IMG/VR virus record: IMGVR_UViG_3300047272_000250
Coordinates: 40,394 to 104,393 of that record
Source of the DNA: a virus
Lineage: Duplodnaviria; Caudoviricetes
Length of the DNA: 64,000 bases
Strand: one strand, 5' to 3'
The position numbers and the translations under genes were made by a program. Below, piece after piece: positions 1 through 9,781 of this stretch. Under the pieces are notes generated by a model. That model did no database searches and had not been told where the DNA came from. It was given only the letters and a program-made list of their open reading frames with translations. Every line of letters starts with the position of its first letter. Position 1 is the stretch's first letter.

Positions 1-778
1 CAGCTAAACCAATTGTGTCTTGGATTGGCGCACCAAGATCTGCAGCTAGGCTCTTTGCTAAAGCAGTTGTCTGTGTTCTAATTGCAGCAATCTCACCAGT
101 GGTTGCTCCACCGACATCTCCATAAACCTTTGCAAGTCTTGTGAGTTGCTTATCTACTTCTTTAAATGCTGTTGCAGCTGAAGCCGCAAACATTGTCAGT
201 GGTACTGTCAGACCAACTGTAAGCTGACGACCAGCCCACTGGGTATTCTTACCAAGATTAATAAGCTCAGTAGATACTCCCTGAATAGACTTTCCAATAA
301 TTTTAAATGTTTCGGCTTTAAGAGCCTTCATTGTTGCAGGGTCTAATCCGTCTAGTCCTGTGGGAGTAGATATAACATTTCTTGCTTGACCCTGTGGGCC
401 TACTGTTGTTGTGAGAACTGATCTCTGTAATCTAACCTGCTCTTCAGCAAGCTTTCTGATCATGCCTCTCTGGCCTTTAACCTGAGTATTAAATTCTCTA
501 AAGTAATCCTTTAGCTTTAATCTACCTTGGTCTAGGTGCTTTCCAAATTCTCTTGTCTCGTTTGTTACGTCTACAAAAGTAGAAGACCACATGCGGCTAT
601 TCTTCATACCCTCAATAAATTGTTTATTGAGTAAGTCTAATGAACCAAATGATGAGGATCCAAGTCCTTGCAACTGATTTTGTAGTACGCCAATTTCTGC
701 ATTAGCCCTTTTAATTTCACCGATTAGATCGGAGAAATTGGCATTAGCATTGAAACTAATTACTACTTGTTGCGCCAT
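1..778 (-). CDS. Tape measure protein, N-terminal part (runs off the window edge)
   Basis: Not in the ORF track. ATG at 778 reads MAQQVVISFNANANFSDLIGEIKRANAEI..., later NTQWAGRQLTVGLTVPL. Lies directly after the tail chaperone genes. Confidence 0.88.
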   Translation of the reverse strand, partial: MAQQVVISFNANANFSDLIGEIKRANAEIGVLQNQLQGLGSSSFGSLDLLNKQFIEGMKNSRMWSSTFVDVTNETREFGKHLDQGRLKLKDYFREFNTQVKGQRGMIRKLAEEQVRLQRSVLTTTVGPQGQARNVISTPTGLDGLDPATMKALKAETFKIIGKSIQGVSTELINLGKNTQWAGRQLTVGLTVPLTMFAASAATAFKEVDKQLTRLAKVYGDVGGATTGEIAAIRTQTTALAKSLAADLGAPIQDTIGLA

Positions 779-781
779 GTG

Positions 782-1488
782 TTAATTATCCCAGATTTCG
801 TATCCCAGACCCATTCCAATTCCAAATCCTTCTTCTCTCGCTAGAGAGCCTGAAAGGCTTGCTATGTCATTTGTCTCTGGATCGTCTCCTAGGGCTTCCC
901 TTCTTACATCGTCAAACGATTTGGTTTCCCCACCGCTTTCGCCGTCAAGATCAACACCCTGCATAGCTGCGAGGAACTTCTTATCCTCGTAGTCACGCCT
1001 GTTCATCTCTTCAACAGTAGCAATGAGCTCCGTTAACGATATACTTTCTTCTAGCTCTTGGTAATTTTTCCAAATACCTAAAAGAAAAACTTTTGCTTCT
1101 AAGGCAGCAAGATCAAGATCTTCCCAAGTCTGTGAGGACTTAGTTTTATTGGCTAGTTCTCCCCAACCATCTTGCTCGCTGCCGCTATCAAATTTGGGTC
1201 ACCAAGTTTGATTCCGCCGCAAACTTCCATAATTTTCCAAATTGTTGGAACATCAAGAGCACCTTCAAGTGCGTCTGGGTCTGAAGCTAAGTCTGGCAAA
1301 GTCCCTCTCAGGGCAATAGCGCTTGCTTTTAAAAATATATTAATTGCTTCGTCTTCGGTCTTAACGCTGTCTAGTCCTGCGACAACTTCCATAAATTCAC
1401 GAAGTGCTTTAATTGGGAGCGGCTTTAAAACAGCCTTATTCCCGTTTTGTAGTTCAATTTCTACGATATCGTATAGCTTGGTAGCCAA
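782..1488 (-). CDS. Tail assembly chaperone, G (1153-1488) and frameshifted GT form
   Basis: Sits between the major tail and tape measure genes. In-frame slippery CCCAAATTTG at 1189-1198; the -1 frame is open into ORF 782-1006. Confidence 0.85.
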
Positions 1489-1535
1489 TAGATGACCTCC
1501 TAAATAGTCCCTATTATTATACCAATAAACAGGTT

Positions 1536-1565
1536 AAAAAGACAAGGCCCCAGTTTCCTGGGGCC
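1536..1565 (-). terminator. Intrinsic terminator after the major tail gene
   Basis: Minus strand GGCCCCAG-GAAA-CTGGGGCC followed by TTGTCTTTTT. Confidence 0.8.
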
Positions 1566-1591
1566 AAGGCTTTAATTAATATAAAATTAAT

Positions 1592-2236
1592 TTAGTTCAG
1601 ACGATCTACGATCTTGCCGTATGCATCTGAGTATGATGGATCTCCCAAGAGACGGAATGTCACTGGGAAAAGTGTTGCTTCATTACGCTTCAATGAGTGT
1701 GATGATGATTCTACTGAAAGCACACGACGTGCATAGTAGATACGCTCACGGTCATTGTTATTTGTTGAAGTTCTAGGAGCGTTACCGACTGCTACGAGAG
1801 CACGTTCAGTAGGCTCTTCGTTCAAAGCACCGATACCAAGAAGAATTGATTCCTCTGCTGTATCTGCGCCTGAATATTGAGACTCCTTAAGACCGAACAC
1901 GATAAGAAGATTCTTAAGTGTTGCTTCGGTAAATGTTGTCTTGAGCATAACTCTCTGTGAAGACTTGAAGAGCTTTGCAACGTCGAGTTGCTGATCTACT
2001 TCTACCTCACCATAGGTTGGCTCATATGTAACTTCTAGACCATCAGATGTAAATCCTACGTTGTTCCACTTTGCGCTGTCAAGAGCCTTACCAGTTCCCT
2101 GGTTTACTGCATCGTTAAAAGAACCTGTTGTTGTTACTGCGAATGGATCTGGAATTGTATAGCCAGCTACAGTAGAATCTGACTTTGTAAGAAAGATATT
2201 TGCTGCGCCAATAATAATATTACGGGTTGTTGCCAT
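1592..2236 (-). CDS. Major tail (tube) protein
   Basis: VGFTSDGLEVTYEP...VDQ and FPVTFRLL motifs; strong RBS; own terminator; synteny. Confidence 0.85.
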   Translation of the reverse strand: MATTRNIIIGAANIFLTKSDSTVAGYTIPDPFAVTTTGSFNDAVNQGTGKALDSAKWNNVGFTSDGLEVTYEPTYGEVEVDQQLDVAKLFKSSQRVMLKTTFTEATLKNLLIVFGLKESQYSGADTAEESILLGIGALNEEPTERALVAVGNAPRTSTNNNDRERIYYARRVLSVESSSHSLKRNEATLFPVTFRLLGDPSYSDAYGKIVDRLN

Positions 2237-2316
2237 TTTTTATTTTTCACCTCCTCCTTTCGGATACTAGGGTTTGCGACATTTCCTCAAGACCAATAAT
2301 ACTTGATTCCTGGTTA

Positions 2317-2844
2317 TTACGCAAATCTCCCCTCCGTATTTAAATCTCTAGAATAGGAATACATAATTGCTATGTCTGCCTCTAGTCTCCCGTCCAGCTC
2401 CTCGGCTGGATTTGGGGAATTTGCCTCTGTTAGGGCAAAATAATGATACCTAAATGGACTATTGGTATTTAGGGTTTTAACGTACTTATTTAAGTCCTTA
2501 GCGCTTGCATCAAATCTTCTAAATAGGTCAACCATCAAATTAGTGATAGTCAAAACCTTTGAGAAGGAGTTTGAGTAAATTTTAAATGTTAATCTTTCTT
2601 CGCAGATCATCCAGTCTGTTCCATATCCAACAGTATCTAGGTCATAGACAATATATGGAAGTGGGTTTTCTCTATTTAGAACAAACTTGGTCTTGAAGAT
2701 ATCCTGCTCTTGAGTAGGCATAATTGGGACATATTGGACATTTCCATCTCTATAATCAGAAGCAAGCATAATGCCTTTATCCTGTAATTCCTGCCAAAGC
2801 ATCTTTCTAATTTCGTATACTGCACCTAATGCGTAATCAGCCAT
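2317..2844 (-). CDS. Probable tail terminator protein
   Basis: Immediately upstream of the major tail gene; PYIVYD motif; 175 aa. Confidence 0.6.
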   Translation of the reverse strand: MADYALGAVYEIRKMLWQELQDKGIMLASDYRDGNVQYVPIMPTQEQDIFKTKFVLNRENPLPYIVYDLDTVGYGTDWMICEERLTFKIYSNSFSKVLTITNLMVDLFRRFDASAKDLNKYVKTLNTNSPFRYHYFALTEANSPNPAEELDGRLEADIAIMYSYSRDLNTEGRFA

Positions 2845-3586
2845 TTATTTCTCCGTCCGCTTTGTACATTCTTGTGACTTGGTTAATATGTCTAGCAGAA
2901 TTCCCCTTTGCCATCTTAATAAATGTTGATGGCGTAGATCCTGTTGCTACAGACGACGGCATGTCCATCCCTGAAGCCTTCTGTGCCAGCTCTAAGCGCT
3001 TTAGAATGCCAGACTGTTCAATATCAGCAAGGAACCTTGCAGAGCTCTGAAACCTGCGTAGAGTCTTTGCGTAGGCACCCTTAACAAACTTTCCACCTGG
3101 GGATTTAATAACTACACTTCTAGACTTAGGGATAAATACTGGGTCGCCACTCTTTGAGTAAAAGAATAAGGCGTTTGCATTCTTTGCCTTAATTGTTACT
3201 GGCTTACCCTTTTCCATAATATCTGCCTTGAAGGTAAACTTATGTCGTCTCTTTGTTCCTGGAGTTAGAGGAACGAAAGTTCTTGATTGTCTAAAGTCTG
3301 AGCTAATTGCAATGACTCCTGGTTTATATGTAGATTCTATCTTCCATAGTCTTCCAGTTGGCTTACCTATCTGATTCCACTCATAAACATGGTGCATTGA
3401 TGCTGGGCTAAGTCTAGCCTCTTGGTCTATAAAAGAAGATAAGGATCTCTTGGCAATGCTAGCAAAAGCCTTGCCTATTTCAGTATTTACCATTGCATCT
3501 TTGGGTGCTTCTGCTACACCCTGCATATATGCCATAGAGTTATTGATTGCCTGTATTGCATTAGTCTTAATCTTAATTGAGGGCAT
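2837..3586 (-). CDS. Neck/tail completion protein (start probably MPSIK at 3586)
   Basis: Synteny; HHVYEW motif; the shorter start avoids a long overlap with the upstream gene. Confidence 0.55.
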   Translation of the reverse strand: MPSIKIKTNAIQAINNSMAYMQGVAEAPKDAMVNTEIGKAFASIAKRSLSSFIDQEARLSPASMHHVYEWNQIGKPTGRLWKIESTYKPGVIAISSDFRQSRTFVPLTPGTKRRHKFTFKADIMEKGKPVTIKAKNANALFFYSKSGDPVFIPKSRSVVIKSPGGKFVKGAYAKTLRRFQSSARFLADIEQSGILKRLELAQKASGMDMPSSVATGSTPSTFIKMAKGNSARHINQVTRMYKADGEING

Positions 3587-4004
3587 TTTGTATATCGCTC
3601 CTCTGAATTGTTGTCTCATATTCAAGGATCTGACCAAACCCGTCGATGATTGGGGTTGATCCAACGATATCAAATATAGTTGCGGGATTGCCAGATATTT
3701 CTGCCTCTTCCCATAGAACAAGTCCGTTTAGATCACGGATATTGCTAATCTTAGAATTGCGTGGGAGCTTGACCAAAGTCATGACCTTTAGAATTTCTTC
3801 TACCATGTATCTTGAATCTACAGTCTTGTCATTAGACGGACTTCTAACTCCAGATGAAATAATTGATTTAGCTAAGCATGGAAGAGTTTCAGTGTATATC
3901 CACTTTCTCTTTATCTCTCCGCTATTAGGGTCTTGATCTATTTGAACTCTATACAAATCTAATTGCATAGCGTACTTGGCTTCAACTACATATGAGCCTA
4001 TCAT
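3573..4004 (-). CDS. Probable head-to-tail stopper/closure protein
   Basis: Synteny after the adaptor; beta-rich, 143 aa. Confidence 0.55.
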   Translation of the reverse strand: MIGSYVVEAKYAMQLDLYRVQIDQDPNSGEIKRKWIYTETLPCLAKSIISSGVRSPSNDKTVDSRYMVEEILKVMTLVKLPRNSKISNIRDLNGLVLWEEAEISGNPATIFDIVGSTPIIDGFGQILEYETTIQRSDIQNALN

Positions 4005-4933
4005 TAGATTACCGCCATATTAGTAGACTTATACTCATCAAGGAGCTTATCTACGTAGAAATTACCTGTCCCTCTGAAAGCTAGCTTTGAGAATTGCATA
4101 TCGGTATCTCCAAATGAAACGCTGTTGACGTATCTGGCTCTCCAAATATTGTCCTTACCAAAATAATCTCTCATCAGCATAACTACAGCTGCCTGTACTT
4201 TTTCTGGTACGCTCTTGTATCCAAATACGCCTGTGACGTCATATCTATAGCCGCCATAGAAACTTCCAGTAGAAGGATATACGATATCTTTCTTTCCGCC
4301 CTCATTGATGTCGTCATCAGAGATGATTCTAAGAGAATGGTTTGTATCTGTAATTTCTACAGCATGACTAAATAGATTAATATTGTTTGTCTTATCAATA
4401 ACTACTTTATTGTTTTCCTTGATTACTGTGTAGGAGATTATTCTTTCTCCTAAGAAAAGAACATCTGCATCCTGCCCATAAGCTGATACAACTCTTTCCT
4501 TCTTACCAAAGTCTACGCCTGTGTAGTTCTGAACCATAAATCTAGCAAACTTTTCAGCATCTGCCACTTCATGGAACTTCATGTAGTTGGCTTCGCCTTC
4601 ATTACGACCTATGTGAAGCTTGGTGTAAACTTCAGCCAGGGATATATACGGAGTCACAACATTGTAGTAGTTAATGCTGCTCATAGCATTTCCGTCTACA
4701 GCATATGTCCATACAGCCTTAATCAACTTATCTGTCAATAGGTGATTATCTATAATACGGAATGCGTACTTTCCTTCATCGTTATCCTCTGGAAGAGCAT
4801 AACCACTTGTTAGTAGAACGTCTGTATCGCCATCGTAAATAGTAACTGTAGGATTTACGTCTGCCTCTCTGATCTCATCTTCAACGTATATGTCTAGATA
4901 GATATCTTGAGTCTGGCCTGTGTATAACTCCAT
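4004..4933 (-). CDS. Head-to-tail adaptor
   Basis: C-terminal GVFGYKSVPEKVQAAV...TGNFYVDKLL adaptor-like motif; downstream of the capsid gene. Confidence 0.7.
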   Translation of the reverse strand: MELYTGQTQDIYLDIYVEDEIREADVNPTVTIYDGDTDVLLTSGYALPEDNDEGKYAFRIIDNHLLTDKLIKAVWTYAVDGNAMSSINYYNVVTPYISLAEVYTKLHIGRNEGEANYMKFHEVADAEKFARFMVQNYTGVDFGKKERVVSAYGQDADVLFLGERIISYTVIKENNKVVIDKTNNINLFSHAVEITDTNHSLRIISDDDINEGGKKDIVYPSTGSFYGGYRYDVTGVFGYKSVPEKVQAAVVMLMRDYFGKDNIWRARYVNSVSFGDTDMQFSKLAFRGTGNFYVDKLLDEYKSTNMAVI

Positions 4934-4941
4934 TTATGCTC

Positions 4942-5334
4942 TTAGGAGTAGAACTCCTGAGCCTCCTTCGGCGTAGCAAGGCGGAAGCCCTGTTGAGTAT
5001 CAAAAATCTCTTGTGCCTTCTTCTCGGTCATCACAATAAATGGATTATCCTGAGTAAAAGTAAATTCATTAACATCGTATCTAGGGTTCATTCTTTCCAT
5101 CTTTACGAGGACCTGGCCCACCCCTGGAGTCTCTGGAGCTGACTTTGTAACACGCTCATCGACTTCTACTTCAGCCTTATCAGCCTCTGTAAACTTAGCA
5201 TACATATCGTAGCTAACGCCCTCTTCGGCTAGAAGGGCGATTAAATCTGCTTTATTCTTCGCTGTTTCGTGCTCTACGGCAAAGGTTTCAGCTACCTTAC
5301 GAAGCTCGTCGAGCTTCAAATTACTAAAAGACAT
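4942..5334 (-). CDS. Hypothetical head-associated protein with N-terminal helix-extension-helix-like motif
   Basis: LKLDELRKVAE...KNKADLIALL; own extended -10 promoter. Confidence 0.5.
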   Translation of the reverse strand: MSFSNLKLDELRKVAETFAVEHETAKNKADLIALLAEEGVSYDMYAKFTEADKAEVEVDERVTKSAPETPGVGQVLVKMERMNPRYDVNEFTFTQDNPFIVMTEKKAQEIFDTQQGFRLATPKEAQEFYS

Positions 5335-5382
5335 TATTTCTCCTCTCGTCTTTTCCTTCTAATTATAGCACCAATAATGACT

Positions 5383-5409
5383 AAAGGGGAGCCCTTTCGG
5401 ACCCCCCTA
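5383..5409 (-). terminator. Hairpin terminator after the capsid gene
   Basis: Minus strand AGGGGGGTCC-GAAA-GGGCTCCCCTTT. Confidence 0.65.
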
Positions 5410-5433
5410 TAGACTATTTAGTTGTGTTTGCTG

Positions 5434-6420
5434 TTATGCAGAAACCTTTACGTTCTTTACAACAACGAATGCCTCTGGATTCTCGATTGCACAACCTGTT
5501 CTTACGAACATTGTGTATTCGATTGTATCCTTCTTTGGCTTGAATTCACGGTAGACCTGAATCTCACGCTTTACACCAACAACTAGGTTGTTAGCGAATG
5601 TAAGATGGATGTCACCATGATCTCCTGTAGCACCTGAGTAATCGCCGTCCTTTGTCTCATCGATCAAAGGTACTTCAACTACTGGAATACCGAATGCGAA
5701 TGGAATTACGCCTCCTGGAGCACCTGCTGGACCATTTGGGTTACCACGGAGAATTGAAGACGCAATGTCTTCAGGAGTTCCGCCGTTACCGATTGTAGTC
5801 AAGTTGTATAGGTAGTCCTGTACCAAGTTAGAACCTGTAAAGAACTTAAGTTCATTACGGCGCTGCTTGTACTTACGTGGCATAGCCTTAATTGCACTGT
5901 TGAAAACTGCCTTAGAGATTACTGCACCGCCTGCGTTTACAACGTTTGCTGACTCAAGTGCTAGTGCACGGAATCCCTTAAACGCTGACATCAAACCAGA
6001 ACCTGTTCCAACACCGTTGATCAAAAGATCTTCGATATCGTTACCAGCCTGAGTTGCCATTAGGCGAGCAATGTGATCTTCAAGATCAGTTCCCTCGATG
6101 TTATCTTCAAGAGCTTCGCTTGAAAGTTCCCAGTCAAGACGGAGCTTCTTTGTTGTCAAAGAAATCTTTGTGAATGTGACTGCTGCATTAGCACCTGTTT
6201 GGGTTGCTTCTGTAGCTACTGTCATCAATCGTGTACCAACGCCAACCTTATCAATGTCTGCTGTGTTAGAACGCATGCGAACTGTACGAGCTGCACGGGC
6301 AAGGATGGTAGCATCGAACATGTAATCGATGAATCGGTTAGCCTGGTCTGTGTTAAGAAGACCACCATTTCCTGATCCAACGTTTGTAGTGTCTACTACT
6401 TTTTGTAGAATATCGCTCAT
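5434..6420 (-). CDS. Major capsid protein (HK97 fold)
   Basis: GGLLN..QANRFID, LTTKKLRLDWELSSEALEDNIEG, GIPVVEVP; position after the protease. Confidence 0.93.
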   Translation of the reverse strand: MSDILQKVVDTTNVGSGNGGLLNTDQANRFIDYMFDATILARAARTVRMRSNTADIDKVGVGTRLMTVATEATQTGANAAVTFTKISLTTKKLRLDWELSSEALEDNIEGTDLEDHIARLMATQAGNDIEDLLINGVGTGSGLMSAFKGFRALALESANVVNAGGAVISKAVFNSAIKAMPRKYKQRRNELKFFTGSNLVQDYLYNLTTIGNGGTPEDIASSILRGNPNGPAGAPGGVIPFAFGIPVVEVPLIDETKDGDYSGATGDHGDIHLTFANNLVVGVKREIQVYREFKPKKDTIEYTMFVRTGCAIENPEAFVVVKNVKVSA

Positions 6421-6453
6421 TTTATTTATTTCACCTCTTTCCTTTTTCTAGAA

Positions 6454-7776
6454 TTAGTAAATGTCACGGACGCTGAGGAAATGCCCGCCCCACTTATTGT
6501 TATTTTTTGTTATTTTAACATCTGACCCGTCCAGATCAGAAGACTTTTTGATTGCTGTTTCGCTCTCAACACCATCTACACGCTTCTCAACTGATGAGAT
6601 ATGTGCCTTGATATTATTAACGACCTCTGCGAGTTCGTTGTACTTTGTTGTAACTTCTGCAATCTTTGCATCAACCTGAGTAGTAAGATTAGATACTGCC
6701 TCCGCTGTTGCTGTTTTTGTAATTTCCGCTGAGAAGAATGCCTTCATGTCATCAAACATCTTTGCAAAATCAGTTTCTTCAACTTCTACTTCCGCTACTG
6801 GTGCGCTTGCTTCTTCAGCTGGCGCAGCTGCTTCTTCTGTAGGTGTTGCTTCCTCCGCTGGTGCTGCTGGTGCTTCCTCAGCATCTGCAGACTTTGTGAG
6901 TTCAGCTTCAGTTACCTCTTCGACGTTAGCTACTGCTTCTGCCGTTACTTCGTCCTGTGTTATTGTTGCTTCTGCCACAGTAACACCTCCTTCGGTATTT
7001 GAATTATTTTGCTCAGACTTTTCGACAGTCTCAGACAAAACACCTCTCGATTGCTTGTATGCATCAAGAATTCTGTTGATTTCGTTTGACTTATTTGTGT
7101 CAGATGTTTCTACCCAACCAATGTTCTCAAGAACTCTGTCTGTTGTTGGTGACTTAAATTCTGATTCCTTAGAAAGGAAAACTTCATCTGAAGTTGAATC
7201 ATAAAAAATGTTTTCTACTTGTACATCTGCTGCAATACCAGAAAATGTATTTCCGTCTGCAGTCTTCTGAATTGAAAAAATATTTGAAAGCTGATTTGCT
7301 GGATTGTCTACTAGTGAAAGTTCTGTAAGATCGTATTCCTTGATAACACGAATTGACTTATCCATCTCAGAGTTAAATTCATTATCGGTCTTCTTTACAT
7401 TCCCGCCGATTGAGAATCCTGAAAGAGTTCCATCAAGAACTTTCTCCCATGTATCTTGTGCGCCCTTTGAAACATATACGTCTACGAATATTCCGTTGTG
7501 CTCCTTGCCAGTCTTTTTATCGAAGAATGTTTCCTTGCGGAATGAAACCATCTTGCCTACTGCAAGTGGTGTGTGCATTTCACGGATGTTTCCACGGAAG
7601 TTTTCAAATGCTTTTGTTGACGCATCTGCGGCGACGATATCACCGTGCTGATCAATATTATCTAGGGTAGCAAAGCCAGAAACGAGTCTACGTTCTTTGT
7701 CGACTTTAGCGATAGGCATTGACAGTCTGAGACTATCCCCATCACTGTACCAATTTGATTTGATTATTTCAGTCAT
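6454..7776 (-). CDS. Prohead protease fused to scaffold
   Basis: RLVSGFA..DQHGDIV, REMH, LSGFSIGG, ELSLVDNPANQ protease motifs; acidic, coiled-coil C-terminus. Confidence 0.9.
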   Translation of the reverse strand: MTEIIKSNWYSDGDSLRLSMPIAKVDKERRLVSGFATLDNIDQHGDIVAADASTKAFENFRGNIREMHTPLAVGKMVSFRKETFFDKKTGKEHNGIFVDVYVSKGAQDTWEKVLDGTLSGFSIGGNVKKTDNEFNSEMDKSIRVIKEYDLTELSLVDNPANQLSNIFSIQKTADGNTFSGIAADVQVENIFYDSTSDEVFLSKESEFKSPTTDRVLENIGWVETSDTNKSNEINRILDAYKQSRGVLSETVEKSEQNNSNTEGGVTVAEATITQDEVTAEAVANVEEVTEAELTKSADAEEAPAAPAEEATPTEEAAAPAEEASAPVAEVEVEETDFAKMFDDMKAFFSAEITKTATAEAVSNLTTQVDAKIAEVTTKYNELAEVVNNIKAHISSVEKRVDGVESETAIKKSSDLDGSDVKITKNNNKWGGHFLSVRDIY

Positions 7777-7814
7777 AAGCTTATTTTAGCAACGTTTTTG
7801 TATAAATACCAAAA

Positions 7815-9392
7815 TCAGGGCGTAACACGCCCTTCTCCTTGTGGATTTCTAGCATTTCCTGGTGTATCAACTTGATTACCTTGTCTTTCTTGATCACGTC
7901 GTCTGTTACCAGTTGCTTGTGCTGTTGCTTCTGAAGCTTGCTGTCCAGTAAGCTGAACTGGCTCATCCCCACCAGATCTGCCAGCCATACCTAGTCTAGC
8001 ACGAACTTCATTAGGAACAATGACCTTCATTCTCAAATATCTTTCATCGATCTTTGACTGAGTGTCTTCATCTGTTAATGTTAATTCGTTGAACTTAAGT
8101 GTGAATGCATCTGTAAACTCTGCGATGATTCTATTGATCTTCTTTTCAAGATTCTTTTGTTCTGGTCTTGCAACCTGCTCCTTGAATGTCTTGTCTGCAT
8201 CTTTAGCTGCTGCAAGAGAGACGCCTTCTGGAAGTCCCAGCTTTGAAATTGGAACTCTATGTGAAATAAGAATTTCATCTCTGTTCATTCTACGGTATTG
8301 ATTAAATGATGAGTCTTGAACTCCTGATTCAACCGCTTCCATTTTGAACTCTACCTTATTACCATCTTCATCTGCAGGAAGTGGAATATAAAGTGATCTA
8401 TGATTCTTACCCTTAAGATTTGTCTGGAAGAATTCAAGCAACTTAGCTTCTGATGAACGGCTAAGTGTTGCACCCTTTACAGTAATGATATATCTTGGAA
8501 CCGCTTTGTTTTCAAAGTAGTCAAGGTTAAAGCGCTGTGCAAATTCATCTCCAGCTAATGCTGTCTTTGCTGGGATAATGTCTGGTACGCCATAATAGCT
8601 ATTATTTGGTGTGTACTTCTTTAGGTGAATAACTTCGTTTGGACGTGGATCATCTCCGATTGGATTTTCTGTTTCTGTGTCCTGGAAGTTTCTAAAGAAT
8701 GTGATTCTATTTCCAACGATTTGAACAAAGCCATCACGCTGCTTACGTACACGCATTGTAGTAGCAGGGATATGTCCAATAAATCCTATCTGTCCGTTTA
8801 CCTTACGGCCAATTTCAATAAAGCCATTTCCTGTTGCCTCACGGTCTAGGAATGCTTTTGTTAATGTCTCTGTGAATGTGTCTTCTTCATTCATCAATTC
8901 TAGTTGATCCTGAAGTTCTTCCTTCAGGCTTTCTAGTCTTCTTCTAAATGCAGCAAGCTTCTTCTGATCATCTCCGTATTCAGACATCTTCTCTTTTGTC
9001 TTACGTGTCTCAAGGAATTCATATCCGAGACCGACGATGTTTGAAGCCTTTGCATTACATGCAGCGAAGTGTGGTGAAGATACTTCGTAAATCTTTGCTA
9101 GGTAGTCTAGATTGTATGGAGGGGTAACAACATCCATGATGTCGTATCCCATAAGGATTTCTGTCTCGACCTTCTTTGATTCTGCACCGTCTTGTCCTCT
9201 TTGGAACTTCTGGAGAAGTCTTGTATTCTTTCTCTTGAAGTTTGGAGAGAAGCCACGATACTTAGCAATGTCTTCTGCCTTTGCATCAAATGGATCTGCG
9301 CTAGATTCTGTTTCTGATACTCCAAAGAATTCGCCAGATATTCTAGCGTGAATTTCTCTTGTGTTATCTTCGTCGTTAACTACGTCTGACAT
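7815..9392 (-). CDS. Portal protein
   Basis: EVIHLKKYTP..YYGVP, YFENKAVP, PNEVRARLG portal motifs. Confidence 0.93.
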   Translation of the reverse strand: MSDVVNDEDNTREIHARISGEFFGVSETESSADPFDAKAEDIAKYRGFSPNFKRKNTRLLQKFQRGQDGAESKKVETEILMGYDIMDVVTPPYNLDYLAKIYEVSSPHFAACNAKASNIVGLGYEFLETRKTKEKMSEYGDDQKKLAAFRRRLESLKEELQDQLELMNEEDTFTETLTKAFLDREATGNGFIEIGRKVNGQIGFIGHIPATTMRVRKQRDGFVQIVGNRITFFRNFQDTETENPIGDDPRPNEVIHLKKYTPNNSYYGVPDIIPAKTALAGDEFAQRFNLDYFENKAVPRYIITVKGATLSRSSEAKLLEFFQTNLKGKNHRSLYIPLPADEDGNKVEFKMEAVESGVQDSSFNQYRRMNRDEILISHRVPISKLGLPEGVSLAAAKDADKTFKEQVARPEQKNLEKKINRIIAEFTDAFTLKFNELTLTDEDTQSKIDERYLRMKVIVPNEVRARLGMAGRSGGDEPVQLTGQQASEATAQATGNRRRDQERQGNQVDTPGNARNPQGEGRVTP

Positions 9393-9721
9393 TATTTAAT
9401 CCCCGAATTTCTTAGAGCCTCTTTGTATTCACCAATGTCCAATGGATCTGGTGTAAGTCCCCACTTAAGTCTTGCCTTCTGTTCTTCATATTCCTCGTCA
9501 TTAATTTTTCTCTGACCAGAAAGAAATACTGCACTACCAGTTTCAATTCCGAAACCTTTGACAACCTCTGTGATTGCATCTACCTTAGTCTTGTCGCCTT
9601 TAAATGCAGCCACTGACAAATAGTTACCCTGGTCGTCTCCCACCCAGCGTCCGTCTGGCATCTGCCAGATATACACGCCTAGCGTGGTCTCTTCTAGAAC
9701 TGATGTTTTAATTGATTTCAT
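9392..9721 (-). CDS. Hypothetical protein upstream of the portal (leaderless)
   Basis: Stop overlaps the portal start; -10 TATCAT 6 nt before the ATG. Confidence 0.7.
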   Translation of the reverse strand: MKSIKTSVLEETTLGVYIWQMPDGRWVGDDQGNYLSVAAFKGDKTKVDAITEVVKGFGIETGSAVFLSGQRKINDEEYEEQKARLKWGLTPDPLDIGEYKEALRNSGIK

Positions 9722-9781
9722 ATAGCAATGATACCATCTTTTATGATAATATGCCAGGATTTGTCACAAGTAAGTACAGAT

